In this document: in pieces, positions 45,527-55,294 of the stretch
Layout of the letters: each line of letters begins with the position of its first letter
How positions within the stretch are numbered: the stretch's first letter is position 1
IMG/VR virus record: IMGVR_UViG_3300011226_000001
Location: 32,001-96,000 of that record
DNA length: 64,000 nt
From: a virus
Lineage: Duplodnaviria; Caudoviricetes
Direction: 5' to 3' (one strand)
The notes under the pieces: model-generated
Told to the model about the DNA's origin: nothing
The model's database searches: none
The model's input: the letters and a program-made list of their open reading frames with translations, nothing else
Made by a program: the position numbers and the translations under genes

Positions 45527-45949
45527 TCACAGCATATCAGCGGGGATTTCAGTGCCAGTGAACGGGAAGTTTGCTTTCACAGGGAAGACAGTCAACTTGA
45601 ATCCGTTCTCTTCGGCGACACGTTTGATTGTGTGCAGATGATTGAGATAGTCGTGGTCTTCGTAGTGATTCAGCACTTCACTGTCAGCAGACGACGAAAT
45701 GACAAACAGACCGCTAATTGAGATAGCACCGTAGTCTGTCCAGAGAAGTTCAGGACGAGCACACGCTTCCGGGTTCTCACTATGTAGAGCGGTCAGAATA
45801 CGCTGCTGGAGTTTTGCCAGAATAACCACAGTTGCATATTGTGCAGCTTCGCGGTTGGCGTTTGCTGCCTCGCCCCATTTTTGAACCAGCGCGTCATCCA
45901 TAATCAGAGCGATGCGATTTAGTACCAGAATGTTTTGTTCGAATTTCAT
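45527..45949 (-). CDS. hypothetical protein
   Basis: 140-aa ORF with AGGGA RBS. Confidence 0.7.
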   Translation of the reverse strand: MKFEQNILVLNRIALIMDDALVQKWGEAANANREAAQYATVVILAKLQQRILTALHSENPEACARPELLWTDYGAISISGLFVISSSADSEVLNHYEDHDYLNHLHTIKRVAEENGFKLTVFPVKANFPFTGTEIPADML

Positions 45950-45984
45950 TTTTGTTCCCTACAATGTTAGGTGTGATTAGACGA

Positions 45985-47580
45985 TTAACGCAGTGCGTGT
46001 TTAATTAGTTCTTTCAGGTACTCGGCGTCACGAGGATAACGATCACCGTCTTTCATTTTGGTCAGAGCACAAGCAAGAGTCTCTAACTGCACCTGAGGCA
46101 AAGTGTTCAGAGCATTGCTGTTAGCAAAATCTTTCAGGCTGCTGATTACTTTCTTACGGGCGGCCGCTCGTGTGGAAACGACACCGGAACGTAACTTGCC
46201 GCTGTACTGAGACATAGGGATTTTGGCGTAAGACAGGACTTTGCGAATAGCCTCGTAAGCTATATTCGCGTCATCGCATACAGCAGGGAATTTGCGTGGC
46301 TCGCGTTCTGCCTCAACCTCTTCTTCTTCCAAATCTTCTGGCCAGTTAGACCCGCAATAGTCAGCACACAGGTCAACCAACGCTGCGTGATCCATTCGCA
46401 GTAACTTCGTCGTGCTCGCTAACTTAAACAGCTTCGCGTAGTGACGTAACTTGGTGTCGCTCAGGCCACCGAGGAAGGTACGCACTTCTGCGGCTTCTTC
46501 TGACATAGACGTATCTTCGTCTTCGTCTTCTTCTACCTCGTCAACCACATCTGTATCTGTTGCAGCAGCAGACTCAGCTTTCAACAAGACTTTACCTTCT
46601 TCGACAACAAACACACTGCCTGGGCGCTCGACTTCGTTTTTCAGTTCTTGCATCAGACGGCGAATCAGAGACTCTTGGTAGTCTCGCGTTTCGTCATTGA
46701 TATGCAACCAGTTCAGGTCTTTTGCTAAGGCGTAGATACCGTTAACAACAAACTGACCATTGTACTTCACAGCATCGAAGCGCTCTTTGGCGTTTGGCCC
46801 GTAGATGAATGCTTGTGCGACACGACGCAGACCTTCATCCCAATCAGGATTCATGTGGTCAAAGTCGTCCGTATCATCAAGCTCAAAGATGCGGACGATG
46901 TTAGCAAGCTCACTCGCCATCATCTCAATCGTTTTGCCTTTGGCCATGTGACGCTGGCGTAACCACTTACCGTGATCGTCATACAGGTCAGCAGGGAGTT
47001 TATCGTCAGGGTCAACACCGCAAGCGTTGTGCGTGTACTTATATTCTTCATCGTGCTTGCGCTGCCAATCTCGGTGAATCTTGATCAGTTCTTCACGATC
47101 TGCACGTTCGATACGCATAGGCCCGTGACCAAGAGCACACAGCAATTCACGCATATGATTCTCTGACATATCGCGGAACCACGTAAGTTTTTCCACAGTA
47201 CGACCGACAGCTTTCTGGTGAATCTTAATCACAGTTCGTTTATGATCGCTGATTTCGAAACCGTTAATGACGTTAAATCCATCGTGACCGATAACCATCT
47301 CAAGAGGCAACAGCGTGTGACAGGTGGCATTCAGAGAAACTGACCACATCAAATCACCGTTATCCGCAAACTCGAAAGTCTCACAGTTTGACTTGTTCGA
47401 GAACCCCCAGTAAGTAGTGACGCCAGACATACGACCTTCGAAATGGCGGTCATAGATCTCTTTGAGTTGATAACCAGGCAGGGTGAAGTCCAGGCCTTCG
47501 GCATTGTAGAAGTTGTAGAATGGTTGGCCGTGAATCAGAGAGCGAACCATGAGTACGTTCTGGCGCATATCGAATGACAT
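45985..47580 (-). CDS. hypothetical multidomain protein with HeH-like modules
   Basis: Start MSFDM with AGGAG RBS; LGGLSDTKLRHYAKLFKL..MDHAALVDLC. Confidence 0.75.
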   Translation of the reverse strand: MSFDMRQNVLMVRSLIHGQPFYNFYNAEGLDFTLPGYQLKEIYDRHFEGRMSGVTTYWGFSNKSNCETFEFADNGDLMWSVSLNATCHTLLPLEMVIGHDGFNVINGFEISDHKRTVIKIHQKAVGRTVEKLTWFRDMSENHMRELLCALGHGPMRIERADREELIKIHRDWQRKHDEEYKYTHNACGVDPDDKLPADLYDDHGKWLRQRHMAKGKTIEMMASELANIVRIFELDDTDDFDHMNPDWDEGLRRVAQAFIYGPNAKERFDAVKYNGQFVVNGIYALAKDLNWLHINDETRDYQESLIRRLMQELKNEVERPGSVFVVEEGKVLLKAESAAATDTDVVDEVEEDEDEDTSMSEEAAEVRTFLGGLSDTKLRHYAKLFKLASTTKLLRMDHAALVDLCADYCGSNWPEDLEEEEVEAEREPRKFPAVCDDANIAYEAIRKVLSYAKIPMSQYSGKLRSGVVSTRAAARKKVISSLKDFANSNALNTLPQVQLETLACALTKMKDGDRYPRDAEYLKELIKHALR

Positions 47581-47628
47581 AATGTTTCTCCTGTGCAGCA
47601 CCCGTGAGCGCTGCTACTATTGGGTAGA

Positions 47629-48204
47629 TTAGATTGTGCGGTAGATGGCGTTTTGTGAGTGTACGCGATACACTTTGCTTTTATTGATGAAGCTCTCAAT
47701 CTCGTTGAGCATCGCCAACGTTTCTTCTGCGGTGACAAGCGGATCACCATTCTCTGCAAACACCAACAAGCGACCATCATATACAGTCGCAACCGTAAAC
47801 AGATGAACAGCATTCATGAAGCCCGACATGAAGTCTTCGAAGTCACGCATGAACAACGCAACCTTCTCAGTGTGATTGTACACATTGATCAGGTACTGCG
47901 GGTCGATGTTGCCCATCTGGCGAACATTGCCTTGTTTCTTGAGCAGACTTTCCTTGAGCTTGTCGTGCGTGACCAACACAAACTCTTGAATCATCACCAG
48001 CTTCTTACGAAACTTCAATTTGCCCGGTACCAGACTTGGGTATTTCTCAAGATACTCTTGGGTAAGTACCGGGTCACCGAACGCGGCGAATACTCGCCTG
48101 TCACACTGCGTAATGTGCGCGGCGGGTAAACGGTCATATTCGAGTTGCGTGTACTCTGAGATCTCATGCGCACCGGCAGTATCAAACAAATCAATCTGAT
48201 CCAT
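47629..48204 (-). CDS. hypothetical protein
   Basis: Start MDQIDLF with GGAG RBS. Confidence 0.7.
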   Translation of the reverse strand: MDQIDLFDTAGAHEISEYTQLEYDRLPAAHITQCDRRVFAAFGDPVLTQEYLEKYPSLVPGKLKFRKKLVMIQEFVLVTHDKLKESLLKKQGNVRQMGNIDPQYLINVYNHTEKVALFMRDFEDFMSGFMNAVHLFTVATVYDGRLLVFAENGDPLVTAEETLAMLNEIESFINKSKVYRVHSQNAIYRTI

Positions 48205-48205
48205 G

Positions 48206-48514
48206 TTACATCTCCAGTTCAACAATGTCTTCGAGGTCAGCAACAGGCTGGAATGCAACCATCAGACCTTTGTTGCTGCTATACACAGTCGCAACGTGTC
48301 GACCGTACATGTTAATATTCACAGGGTCACGCAGCATTACGTTCAGCATCTTCAACTCGCCCTCAAACAAGTTGCGTCCGTCTGAGGCAAACGACGAAGC
48401 AAGAAACGCATAAGTCGTGGGACCTGAATTGTTTTTCGCCGTTTCGTTCCAGCACTTCTCCAGTGCCTGGCGTACTTTGTTTTCGAGTACATCGTTGTGA
48501 TTCATCTCAGCCAT
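48206..48514 (-). CDS. hypothetical protein
   Basis: 102-aa ORF. Confidence 0.65.
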   Translation of the reverse strand: MAEMNHNDVLENKVRQALEKCWNETAKNNSGPTTYAFLASSFASDGRNLFEGELKMLNVMLRDPVNINMYGRHVATVYSSNKGLMVAFQPVADLEDIVELEM

Positions 48515-48519
48515 GATTT

Positions 48520-48750
48520 TTAGTCTCTCAGTTTACGTGGGCGATACCGTGCGCGTTCTTCTGCTTTACGCAAGCGGCGTTTAATCAATTCATGCGGCGT
48601 CTTCACTTTGGCAATCTTCGCCCGTGCTTTCTGCCGCATCTCTTTTATCTTCATCCAGTTCTTCACGAAGCCAACGATATGTGCAAGGAAAGCCATAGCG
48701 CCAAGCAAGTAGAACAGGACAGCACTCACCTTGTATATATCGTGCATCAT
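48520..48750 (-). CDS. small membrane protein
   Basis: One TM segment and a basic tail. Confidence 0.65.
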   Translation of the reverse strand: MMHDIYKVSAVLFYLLGAMAFLAHIVGFVKNWMKIKEMRQKARAKIAKVKTPHELIKRRLRKAEERARYRPRKLRD

Positions 48751-48827
48751 GATTAACTCTCTTTGTTAGTGCGTCTACGCATATTGTAGCATAAACGCAC
48801 TTTAGACAGTACGGCGATTTCAGCCTA

Positions 48828-49790
48828 TTATTTGCGTCTTTCGACTGCTACGCACTTCTCACCGTTGCGCAGATGAAGCGAGTCACCGTCATTGAAATAG
48901 ATGTTGAAGCCAACGCCCATGTCTGTAATGCGCTCGATCAGACGGCGCTTCGTCGTTGCATCTTCTGACGTGTCGATAAACAACACGTCATTCGCTTTCA
49001 ACGCATTTGCGGTGGTAACGTAGAACACAGGGTCATCGCTCACCCACGCCTGCAATTTATCTTCGTGGCCATTGTCGTTGGTCGAAGACAACTCCCAGCC
49101 CATGATTGCTTCGGCTGTCGGCGTATAGATTTCGATAGATAGCAGGAAGTCAATGCGCATTGATGCCCACTGCTCTCGGTCATACTTCAACGTAGAAGTT
49201 TTCGGGCGGCGATTCAGCTCACGGCGAAGCGAAAACATTACATAGTCGATAACATCATCTTGCATACCGTACAGGATATCCGCATCACGGATGCAACGCT
49301 CGATCAGATTCTTCGGCTGGCGGGTGTCCATGTATGGGAATTGAGTGATTTTGATCAACTCAAGAATAATGTCCTGTTGATCGATGATACGCTGATCTTC
49401 GGTATCAGTGAGATACTTCTTGAATGCCTCTTGGGCTACGGCCACGTTCTGCTCGTCGTCAGTTTTACCGAGCGAGTGATTCATGTCGTGGAACATACAC
49501 GCGACTGCCAGAGGTAATGCACCGACGTCATACTGCCATGCTTGCTCTGACTCACGCTCTAACAACCAGAGAGCAATCACTGTTACCTGACGCATGTGCT
49601 CGGTAGAGTGGTAGTGCATCATGGATAGAAGCGCGTCGCCTTCTGGGTCAGGCTTGTTGTTCGCCTTAACGTAGTTCCACGTTTCCATCAGATTCAGTTT
49701 GTTGATACGCAGTGCGAAGTCCATGTTACGATGGTCAGCACTTTTCCACGGGAAGGTAGCAGTCTTAGTCATTGTCATTGTCATTGTCAT
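48828..49790 (-). CDS. HD-domain phosphohydrolase
   Basis: YHSTEH, MFHDMNH, IRDAD. Confidence 0.8.
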   Translation of the reverse strand: MTMTMTMTKTATFPWKSADHRNMDFALRINKLNLMETWNYVKANNKPDPEGDALLSMMHYHSTEHMRQVTVIALWLLERESEQAWQYDVGALPLAVACMFHDMNHSLGKTDDEQNVAVAQEAFKKYLTDTEDQRIIDQQDIILELIKITQFPYMDTRQPKNLIERCIRDADILYGMQDDVIDYVMFSLRRELNRRPKTSTLKYDREQWASMRIDFLLSIEIYTPTAEAIMGWELSSTNDNGHEDKLQAWVSDDPVFYVTTANALKANDVLFIDTSEDATTKRRLIERITDMGVGFNIYFNDGDSLHLRNGEKCVAVERRK

Positions 49791-49815
49791 AGTCTCAAAA
49801 ATTTGCGCAGAAATG

Positions 49816-49846
49816 AAAAACGGGAAACCAGTTAAGGTCTCCCGTC
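49816..49846 (-). terminator. intrinsic terminator
   Basis: ACGGGAGACC..GGTTTCCCGT followed by TTTT. Confidence 0.65.
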
Positions 49847-49850
49847 GAGT

Positions 49851-50537
49851 TTATTGTGCCACTACGTCTAAGCCACGTGCAGGCTTAACGCTACGCAGAC
49901 GAGAGATAAGCTGATTAGCAATCGCTTTAGCTTTCCCACTCGGCTGTAGAGCTTTAGTGAAGTCCAGACTGCCCGAGAACATATTGCTGTCACGCAGCAT
50001 CTCAAACGAGAGCATACGATCATCACGCATGGCCTGTTGTTGTTTTGAAGGACGAACAACCATAGGCAGCACACCGCAGTTGTATGCGTCAAGCATACCA
50101 TCAACAAACTGACCGAGCAGGTACGGCAGAGCATCGTGTACCAGAATCAGTTCGGCGCCTTCGCGCATCAGCAATTCATCAGGCGTTTCACGCATCATTA
50201 CAACGCGGGTCAGTGCCTGATACAGAGAGTCACGCAGTTCTGGTGCTACAACAAGCGCGTGATTCTGAATGCAGAAGATCTCTTCGGTAACTTCGTCCGA
50301 GTTCAACACAGGTACGATGAAAGGTACTGCGTTTTCGTATTGATTAGCAGCAGCAAACGCATCATACAGACGCGCAACGTGCGGATAATCACGAACGATT
50401 ACTTCTGCCAGTGCAGCCACATCACCATCTTTCACGTTGTCGCAGAGCAACACGACGAGCGCATACTCCTGACGTGGCGATAAAGGTTTCAGCAACTGGA
50501 ATTGCATTTTGTACAGTGCGGTGATATTGATGTTCAT
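49851..50537 (-). CDS. hypothetical protein
   Basis: GAGGA RBS. Confidence 0.75.
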   Translation of the reverse strand: MNINITALYKMQFQLLKPLSPRQEYALVVLLCDNVKDGDVAALAEVIVRDYPHVARLYDAFAAANQYENAVPFIVPVLNSDEVTEEIFCIQNHALVVAPELRDSLYQALTRVVMMRETPDELLMREGAELILVHDALPYLLGQFVDGMLDAYNCGVLPMVVRPSKQQQAMRDDRMLSFEMLRDSNMFSGSLDFTKALQPSGKAKAIANQLISRLRSVKPARGLDVVAQ

Positions 50538-50551
50538 TATTATGTCCTCGA

Positions 50552-51229
50552 TTAAGAAGATGGAGTATGCTTGCGGCGATACTCAGTCTGTACTTTAGCT
50601 AAATATTGAGGGGCACGTACCCCTTTCAAATATGCTCCCCAACCAGTGTTGTAACTCTGGATAACGCAAGCGCGTTTCCCACGACACTGCTTGTTTAGTG
50701 ACGCAACAATCTGGGCCGCCTGATCAACATTGACTCGGTAGTCCATAAGTTCCCGTGCAGAACGTCCGTGCATGTTAGGCATGATTTGACATAGACCTGT
50801 AGCACCAGACTTGTTCCTGACCTTTGCACGAAGATGCGACTCGGACACACAGATTGATAGAAGCAGTTTTGCGTCTACATTGTACTTCTCTGCGGCCAAA
50901 TCAATCTGCTTGCCTAAGTCAGACGGATGAGGCAAGTGAGCATAAAGTTGTCGGAGGCGCTCTCTCGTTACATAACGTTTGGGCCTTCGTTCTTCTTTTA
51001 CAGCTACTGCCTTTTCTATCTCCTTGTATTTGGTTGCCACGCGATTGGAGGGATCGAGTGACACGGAAGATGAAAGATCAATGGCGTTGTCAGGGCCTGT
51101 AGACATACTGGCGTTTGCATTGCTCACGATTGCGATGTATACAGCAAACATGATAGCGACACAAAACCATACTGCTACGTTCAGGCGTTTCATTACCTCG
51201 TCGGTACGATTGTTAAGAACAGTTATCAT
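50552..51229 (-). CDS. SLT-family lytic transglycosylase with N-terminal TM/signal anchor
   Basis: CVSES (catalytic Glu), GATGLCQIMP, SYNTGWG. Confidence 0.85.
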   Translation of the reverse strand: MITVLNNRTDEVMKRLNVAVWFCVAIMFAVYIAIVSNANASMSTGPDNAIDLSSSVSLDPSNRVATKYKEIEKAVAVKEERRPKRYVTRERLRQLYAHLPHPSDLGKQIDLAAEKYNVDAKLLLSICVSESHLRAKVRNKSGATGLCQIMPNMHGRSARELMDYRVNVDQAAQIVASLNKQCRGKRACVIQSYNTGWGAYLKGVRAPQYLAKVQTEYRRKHTPSS

Positions 51230-51267
51230 CGGAACATTTCCCCTAGTGTGAAGGCGCTAGGACCTAA

Positions 51268-51582
51268 CTATAAAAGCAGGCCGTAAAGGTTTTTGTACTC
51301 TACTATTCTCCTTTGATGATTGAGAACAAGACAGTCATAGTTGTATGGGTCTATCCAGACAACCGTGTATGCGAGCTTGTTCGATTTCGTATACACTTTG
51401 TAGCCAAAGAGCTTACCCACAAAGAAACGGTCGCGGCGCATTTGAGCCAGACTTGCTTTGCAATACGATTCTAATACTGCGCGATTAGCGTTGGGCTTCC
51501 GGGCGAGAAACGCGAGATAGGCTCGTAAATTCGGCAACGGGCTTGGGCGTTGACTAGGTAGCAGATAAGTTTTCTTTGCCAT
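51268..51582 (-). CDS. hypothetical basic protein
   Basis: 104-aa ORF. Confidence 0.6.
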   Translation of the reverse strand: MAKKTYLLPSQRPSPLPNLRAYLAFLARKPNANRAVLESYCKASLAQMRRDRFFVGKLFGYKVYTKSNKLAYTVVWIDPYNYDCLVLNHQRRIVEYKNLYGLLL

Positions 51583-51639
51583 AGTGTTATATTACGATAA
51601 TGAGGAGCCCACGTAAGGCTCCTAGTGTGAGTGGCATCA

Positions 51640-51855
51640 CTATACGCGAACTATCCAACAAGGAATGTGGATGAATACGACGAACAGTATGACCTTGACC
51701 ATCTCAAAGAGAAGACCGCTATCGGATATATGTTCGAGTTCTCGGTCGAACGCTTTTCTCAATTGCGTATCGTCTGCAACTTCGAGCAGGTCACGAATGA
51801 ATATGATAACGCCTACAATATAGTAGGCGATAAACAATACCCAGAGATTACTCAC
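51640..51855 (-). CDS. small two-TM membrane protein
   Basis: Two hydrophobic segments; probable GTG start overlapping the dut stop. Confidence 0.5.
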   Translation of the reverse strand: MSNLWVLFIAYYIVGVIIFIRDLLEVADDTQLRKAFDRELEHISDSGLLFEMVKVILFVVFIHIPCWIVRV

Positions 51856-52342
51856 TAGGCTTAGTGGTGGAACCGAAACCACCCTCGCCGCGCTCGGTAT
51901 CATCCAGTTCGGTAACCTGAACGACAGGCATCAACGGTACAGGGAAGAACAGCACTTGCGCATACGCTTCGCCTTTCTTGACAACAAGGCGCTGCGTTTC
52001 GCCGTGATTCGGTCGATATGTTTCAGTGCTTTCAACTTTAGTGCCCTTGCCACCCAGATGCAGAGCAGCCATCCACTGACCACGATAGTCACTGTCAATC
52101 ACACCGAGAGTGTTAGACAGTTGGCAGTTGAACTTAGCGCCCAGGCCGCTGCGCGGGAAGATGATACCAACATAACCTTCAGGTACCGCAGCTTTAAAGC
52201 CCAGCTCGAACAGCTGGGTGTTGTTTGTGATTTCCATATCTTCCTGAGCGAACAGGTCAATACCAGCAGCCTGACCAGAAGCGCGTTCAGGCATAATGAA
52301 GTCGGGGAAACGTTCGAGGTCGGGCATTACTTTGAATTGCAT
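51848..52342 (-). CDS. dut: trimeric dUTPase
   Basis: AGIDL, PRSG, GVIDSDYRG, AQ, RGEGGFGST. Confidence 0.95.
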   Translation of the reverse strand: MQFKVMPDLERFPDFIMPERASGQAAGIDLFAQEDMEITNNTQLFELGFKAAVPEGYVGIIFPRSGLGAKFNCQLSNTLGVIDSDYRGQWMAALHLGGKGTKVESTETYRPNHGETQRLVVKKGEAYAQVLFFPVPLMPVVQVTELDDTERGEGGFGSTTKPSE

Positions 52343-52352
52343 TCTTATATCC

Positions 52353-52811
52353 TTAGTTGTCGATTAGTTCTTTTACTGTACGTGGTCGTGGCGCATACTG
52401 ACATTCTTTGCCTGTAACGTAGCGACCAGAGTGCGGGCCCGTAGTAATCAAAATTACCAAGAGCAGATCACGATGCGTCACAACGACGCCCTCGCATTTG
52501 TTCGCCGTGTCATAATCAAACACAACATCGACGAACTGATTTTCGAACTCACCCTTCGCACAGATAGGTGAGTGCTTTGCGTAGTTCTCAAGGAAGTGAC
52601 GCGACACAAACAGGTCTTCATCTTCTTTGAAGTAACGACGCGGAAGATTCTTTGCGTCAATCTTCCATATCTCATTGTATGGTTGATCGTTGTCTTGACG
52701 CACAATCACTGCCGGGTAGATTCCCCAGCGTGACTTGAGAGCAATCTTCTGGCCCTCGTCACGTCCCCTCGAAGGGAACGTGGTTGCTGTTATGCCTTGA
52801 ACAACTCCCAT
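52353..52811 (-). CDS. hypothetical protein
   Basis: AGGAG RBS. Confidence 0.7.
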   Translation of the reverse strand: MGVVQGITATTFPSRGRDEGQKIALKSRWGIYPAVIVRQDNDQPYNEIWKIDAKNLPRRYFKEDEDLFVSRHFLENYAKHSPICAKGEFENQFVDVVFDYDTANKCEGVVVTHRDLLLVILITTGPHSGRYVTGKECQYAPRPRTVKELIDN

Positions 52812-52823
52812 GAGCGTTGTCTC

Positions 52824-53378
52824 CTAAAACAGAGGCAGATGTTTGTACCGCTCAGGAATATCGTTCTTGCCATAAGCCTGAGCAGGGAAGAGACCGTACT
52901 GCCGGGCTGTCTGCGACACTTCACCGTGAGTACACGAATAAGCGAAGCTGGTCAGCTTACCGTCTAAGAATACGGCTTGATCTTCCATGAACATGTGACG
53001 TAAGAAGTACGGTACGTTAAGCGACTCACCGTTGTCGAAGAAACCGAACTGCTCGGTCAGTTGCTCTTTCGTGTACGCAAACGGCACGAAGAAGCGAATG
53101 CCACCTACAATGGATTCGAGTTCCTGATCGTGCAGAGCCTGCACTAACATCATGCGTTGCTCAACAGTCGGGTTAGTGTCAGCAGACTTCGGGTAGAGCG
53201 AGTCAGTGAGATCACGAACGAGCTTTGCAGCACGAGGTTCAGCGTCATGGCAAGTGAAGATAGATGCGCGATTGAACATGTCCAGTTCAACAAGAGCTTT
53301 GAACCCAACTTCCTTGTTGGGTGCATCTACGGCCATAGCGATGTGGTTCAGAATATAAAAGTAACCGTAGCTTTTCAT
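52824..53378 (-). CDS. hypothetical protein
   Basis: AAGGA RBS. Confidence 0.7.
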   Translation of the reverse strand: MKSYGYFYILNHIAMAVDAPNKEVGFKALVELDMFNRASIFTCHDAEPRAAKLVRDLTDSLYPKSADTNPTVEQRMMLVQALHDQELESIVGGIRFFVPFAYTKEQLTEQFGFFDNGESLNVPYFLRHMFMEDQAVFLDGKLTSFAYSCTHGEVSQTARQYGLFPAQAYGKNDIPERYKHLPLF

Positions 53379-53386
53379 TTTTATCC

Positions 53387-53689
53387 TTAAAGGTTACGGA
53401 GCATCTCACGCATTTCGTCGGTCAGTACATCAGCGATTTTCGGATTGTAATCGTTGCTTGTACGACGACGAACCTGGGTAACACGAATAGCCGTGTCGAT
53501 CATATCGTCAACAACTTTGGCAGGGTCTTCGCCGGCCTGAATCTTTGCTACAACCATTTCACGGAACTCGAACAGGTGAGTTGAGTCCATGTCTTCGGCC
53601 AACAGGCGCGGAAGGTATTCAGGATGTTTTGCGTTGTAAGTTGTAGCCATCAGGTTAACTGCTTTCTTGCGTGAAATGGTACGTGACAT
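53387..53689 (-). CDS. hypothetical protein
   Basis: First gene after a promoter. Confidence 0.7.
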   Translation of the reverse strand: MSRTISRKKAVNLMATTYNAKHPEYLPRLLAEDMDSTHLFEFREMVVAKIQAGEDPAKVVDDMIDTAIRVTQVRRRTSNDYNPKIADVLTDEMREMLRNL

Positions 53690-53756
53690 AGTGACGATTC
53701 CCGTTATAAACGTATAGTTAAAAAATGACGTTGAGAGCGATATTGCTCTATCTATG

Positions 53757-53809
53757 ATTATATCATAGAAGCGCCTCAGATAGAAGCGCGAGTTTGTCCA
53801 GTTATTTGC
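53757..53809 (-). promoter_or_regulatory. sigma70-like promoter with upstream CTGGACAAA box
   Basis: CTGGACAAAC..TTCTAT..TGATATAAT. Confidence 0.7.
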
Positions 53810-54992
53810 TTTCTAGCGACGAGATAGCGTATGCAATCGCCAGCGCTTCACGATTCGTTGCTACAGCGCGATTGATACCGCACGTGTGGCGAGATACGAG
53901 AGTGATAGCAAAACGACGATCACCGAACTCATGCTTGCTGTCCAGCTCGTGCCAGATCTGTTGGGCATGAGTGAGAATAACCTGCTTGCGTGGTGCTTTC
54001 GGCATCGCTTTCTTTTGCTTCTTCATGTGCGGGTGTTGAGACTTAGGAATGTCCGGCACAGGCAGACGCACAGTAGGCAGATCGATTTCAACTTCCATAA
54101 GCGAGGTGCCTGTAATCCATTCGGCCTCGTCGTAGTCAACGCCGTCGTCAGGATGACCGTACTTCTGGTAGAACACGTCACGCAATTCATCGTCGTCGTT
54201 ATCGAAGTCCTCACGCGTCATAACCTCGTCACAGTCGCATTCGCAATCAAATTCGTCTTCGTCGCAAGTACAACCACGAGGCGTAGCGTTCGGCCCAATA
54301 AGGTTAAGACGCTCACACAGATCAGCCAGAGTGTCGAAGTCCATATGACGAACGCTATCGTATTCTGCAGGACGGCCTTCAACAAGTTTGCGCTCAAACT
54401 CAGCGCGGTATTCGTCAGACCACATGTTGTTTGTGCTGATACTGCCTGTATCTGCATGTGGGTTGTACAGGCTAAAGTGACGAGCGTACCCTTCGTCTTT
54501 ACCCTCAGTCTGCAACGCAATGATAAACTGAGGCAGACGTGTGTGACTGACAACAGGCGAATCTTTGACGAGAAGATTCTCAAGACCGTGCTGCGCGATC
54601 ACCCAGATAAGTGAACGTGTGATCAGCTCACAGCATTCGTTGTTATGTTTCGGCCAGAAGCCTTTACCAGCAGTGCGTGGGTCAGTGCACCACATAGTCA
54701 GCGCCATGTTAGACACAGCATTGAAGAATGTTCCGCGCCACTTCTTATTCAGCAGATTATCGAACGCGTAAATATCATCGGCAGGAAGCAGCAGCGTACC
54801 GTCACCTGAGAACGTAATCTCGTCCAGAATGCGATACGTTGCCTCTACGCTCGGTTCGCTGTCTTCGTACTGCAACGCCAGACTCGGCGCGAGCACAGTG
54901 TTTGCGATAGCGCGTAAAGCATCACGTACTTCGACACTGCCTTTCTCAAACAGGCGGCGGGCAACGACAGTGATCTCAGTTTGTTCGGTCAT
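53802..54992 (-). CDS. hypothetical protein with Cys-rich acidic insert
   Basis: CTCDEDEFDCECDC. Confidence 0.75.
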   Translation of the reverse strand: MTEQTEITVVARRLFEKGSVEVRDALRAIANTVLAPSLALQYEDSEPSVEATYRILDEITFSGDGTLLLPADDIYAFDNLLNKKWRGTFFNAVSNMALTMWCTDPRTAGKGFWPKHNNECCELITRSLIWVIAQHGLENLLVKDSPVVSHTRLPQFIIALQTEGKDEGYARHFSLYNPHADTGSISTNNMWSDEYRAEFERKLVEGRPAEYDSVRHMDFDTLADLCERLNLIGPNATPRGCTCDEDEFDCECDCDEVMTREDFDNDDDELRDVFYQKYGHPDDGVDYDEAEWITGTSLMEVEIDLPTVRLPVPDIPKSQHPHMKKQKKAMPKAPRKQVILTHAQQIWHELDSKHEFGDRRFAITLVSRHTCGINRAVATNREALAIAYAISSLESK

Positions 54993-55294
54993 TTCTTAGG
55001 TCCTTCCTCAAGGTCAATATAGAGCGCGATCATTTCTTCAAGATTGCGGTTTGCTTTTTTCAACGCCATGAGTTTCAACAGCGTTGCTTTGCAGACGGGT
55101 AGCGGGTACTTATCTTCCGTGTACCAAGTACGTGCAAGATGGCGTACAGCGGCATCTGGGCGAGGCTCAACAGCAACAGCCAGACGCAGATTGAGTAACA
55201 TTTGTTTGAACGTTTCCCAATCTGCGGGAGTTGATGCAGCTTTGTTGATCAGGGTGCGTTGCGCATTGAACGCGGACATATCTTTCTTTGGCAT
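54989..55294 (-). CDS. hypothetical protein
   Basis: Coupled 101-aa ORF. Confidence 0.65.
   Translation of the reverse strand: MPKKDMSAFNAQRTLINKAASTPADWETFKQMLLNLRLAVAVEPRPDAAVRHLARTWYTEDKYPLPVCKATLLKLMALKKANRNLEEMIALYIDLEEGPKK

Noticed and set aside
49766-49790. (ATGACA)n microsatellite encoding MTMTMTMT
   Set aside because: Short in-frame hexamer repeat; slippage would not shift the frame, so no evidence of phase variation.
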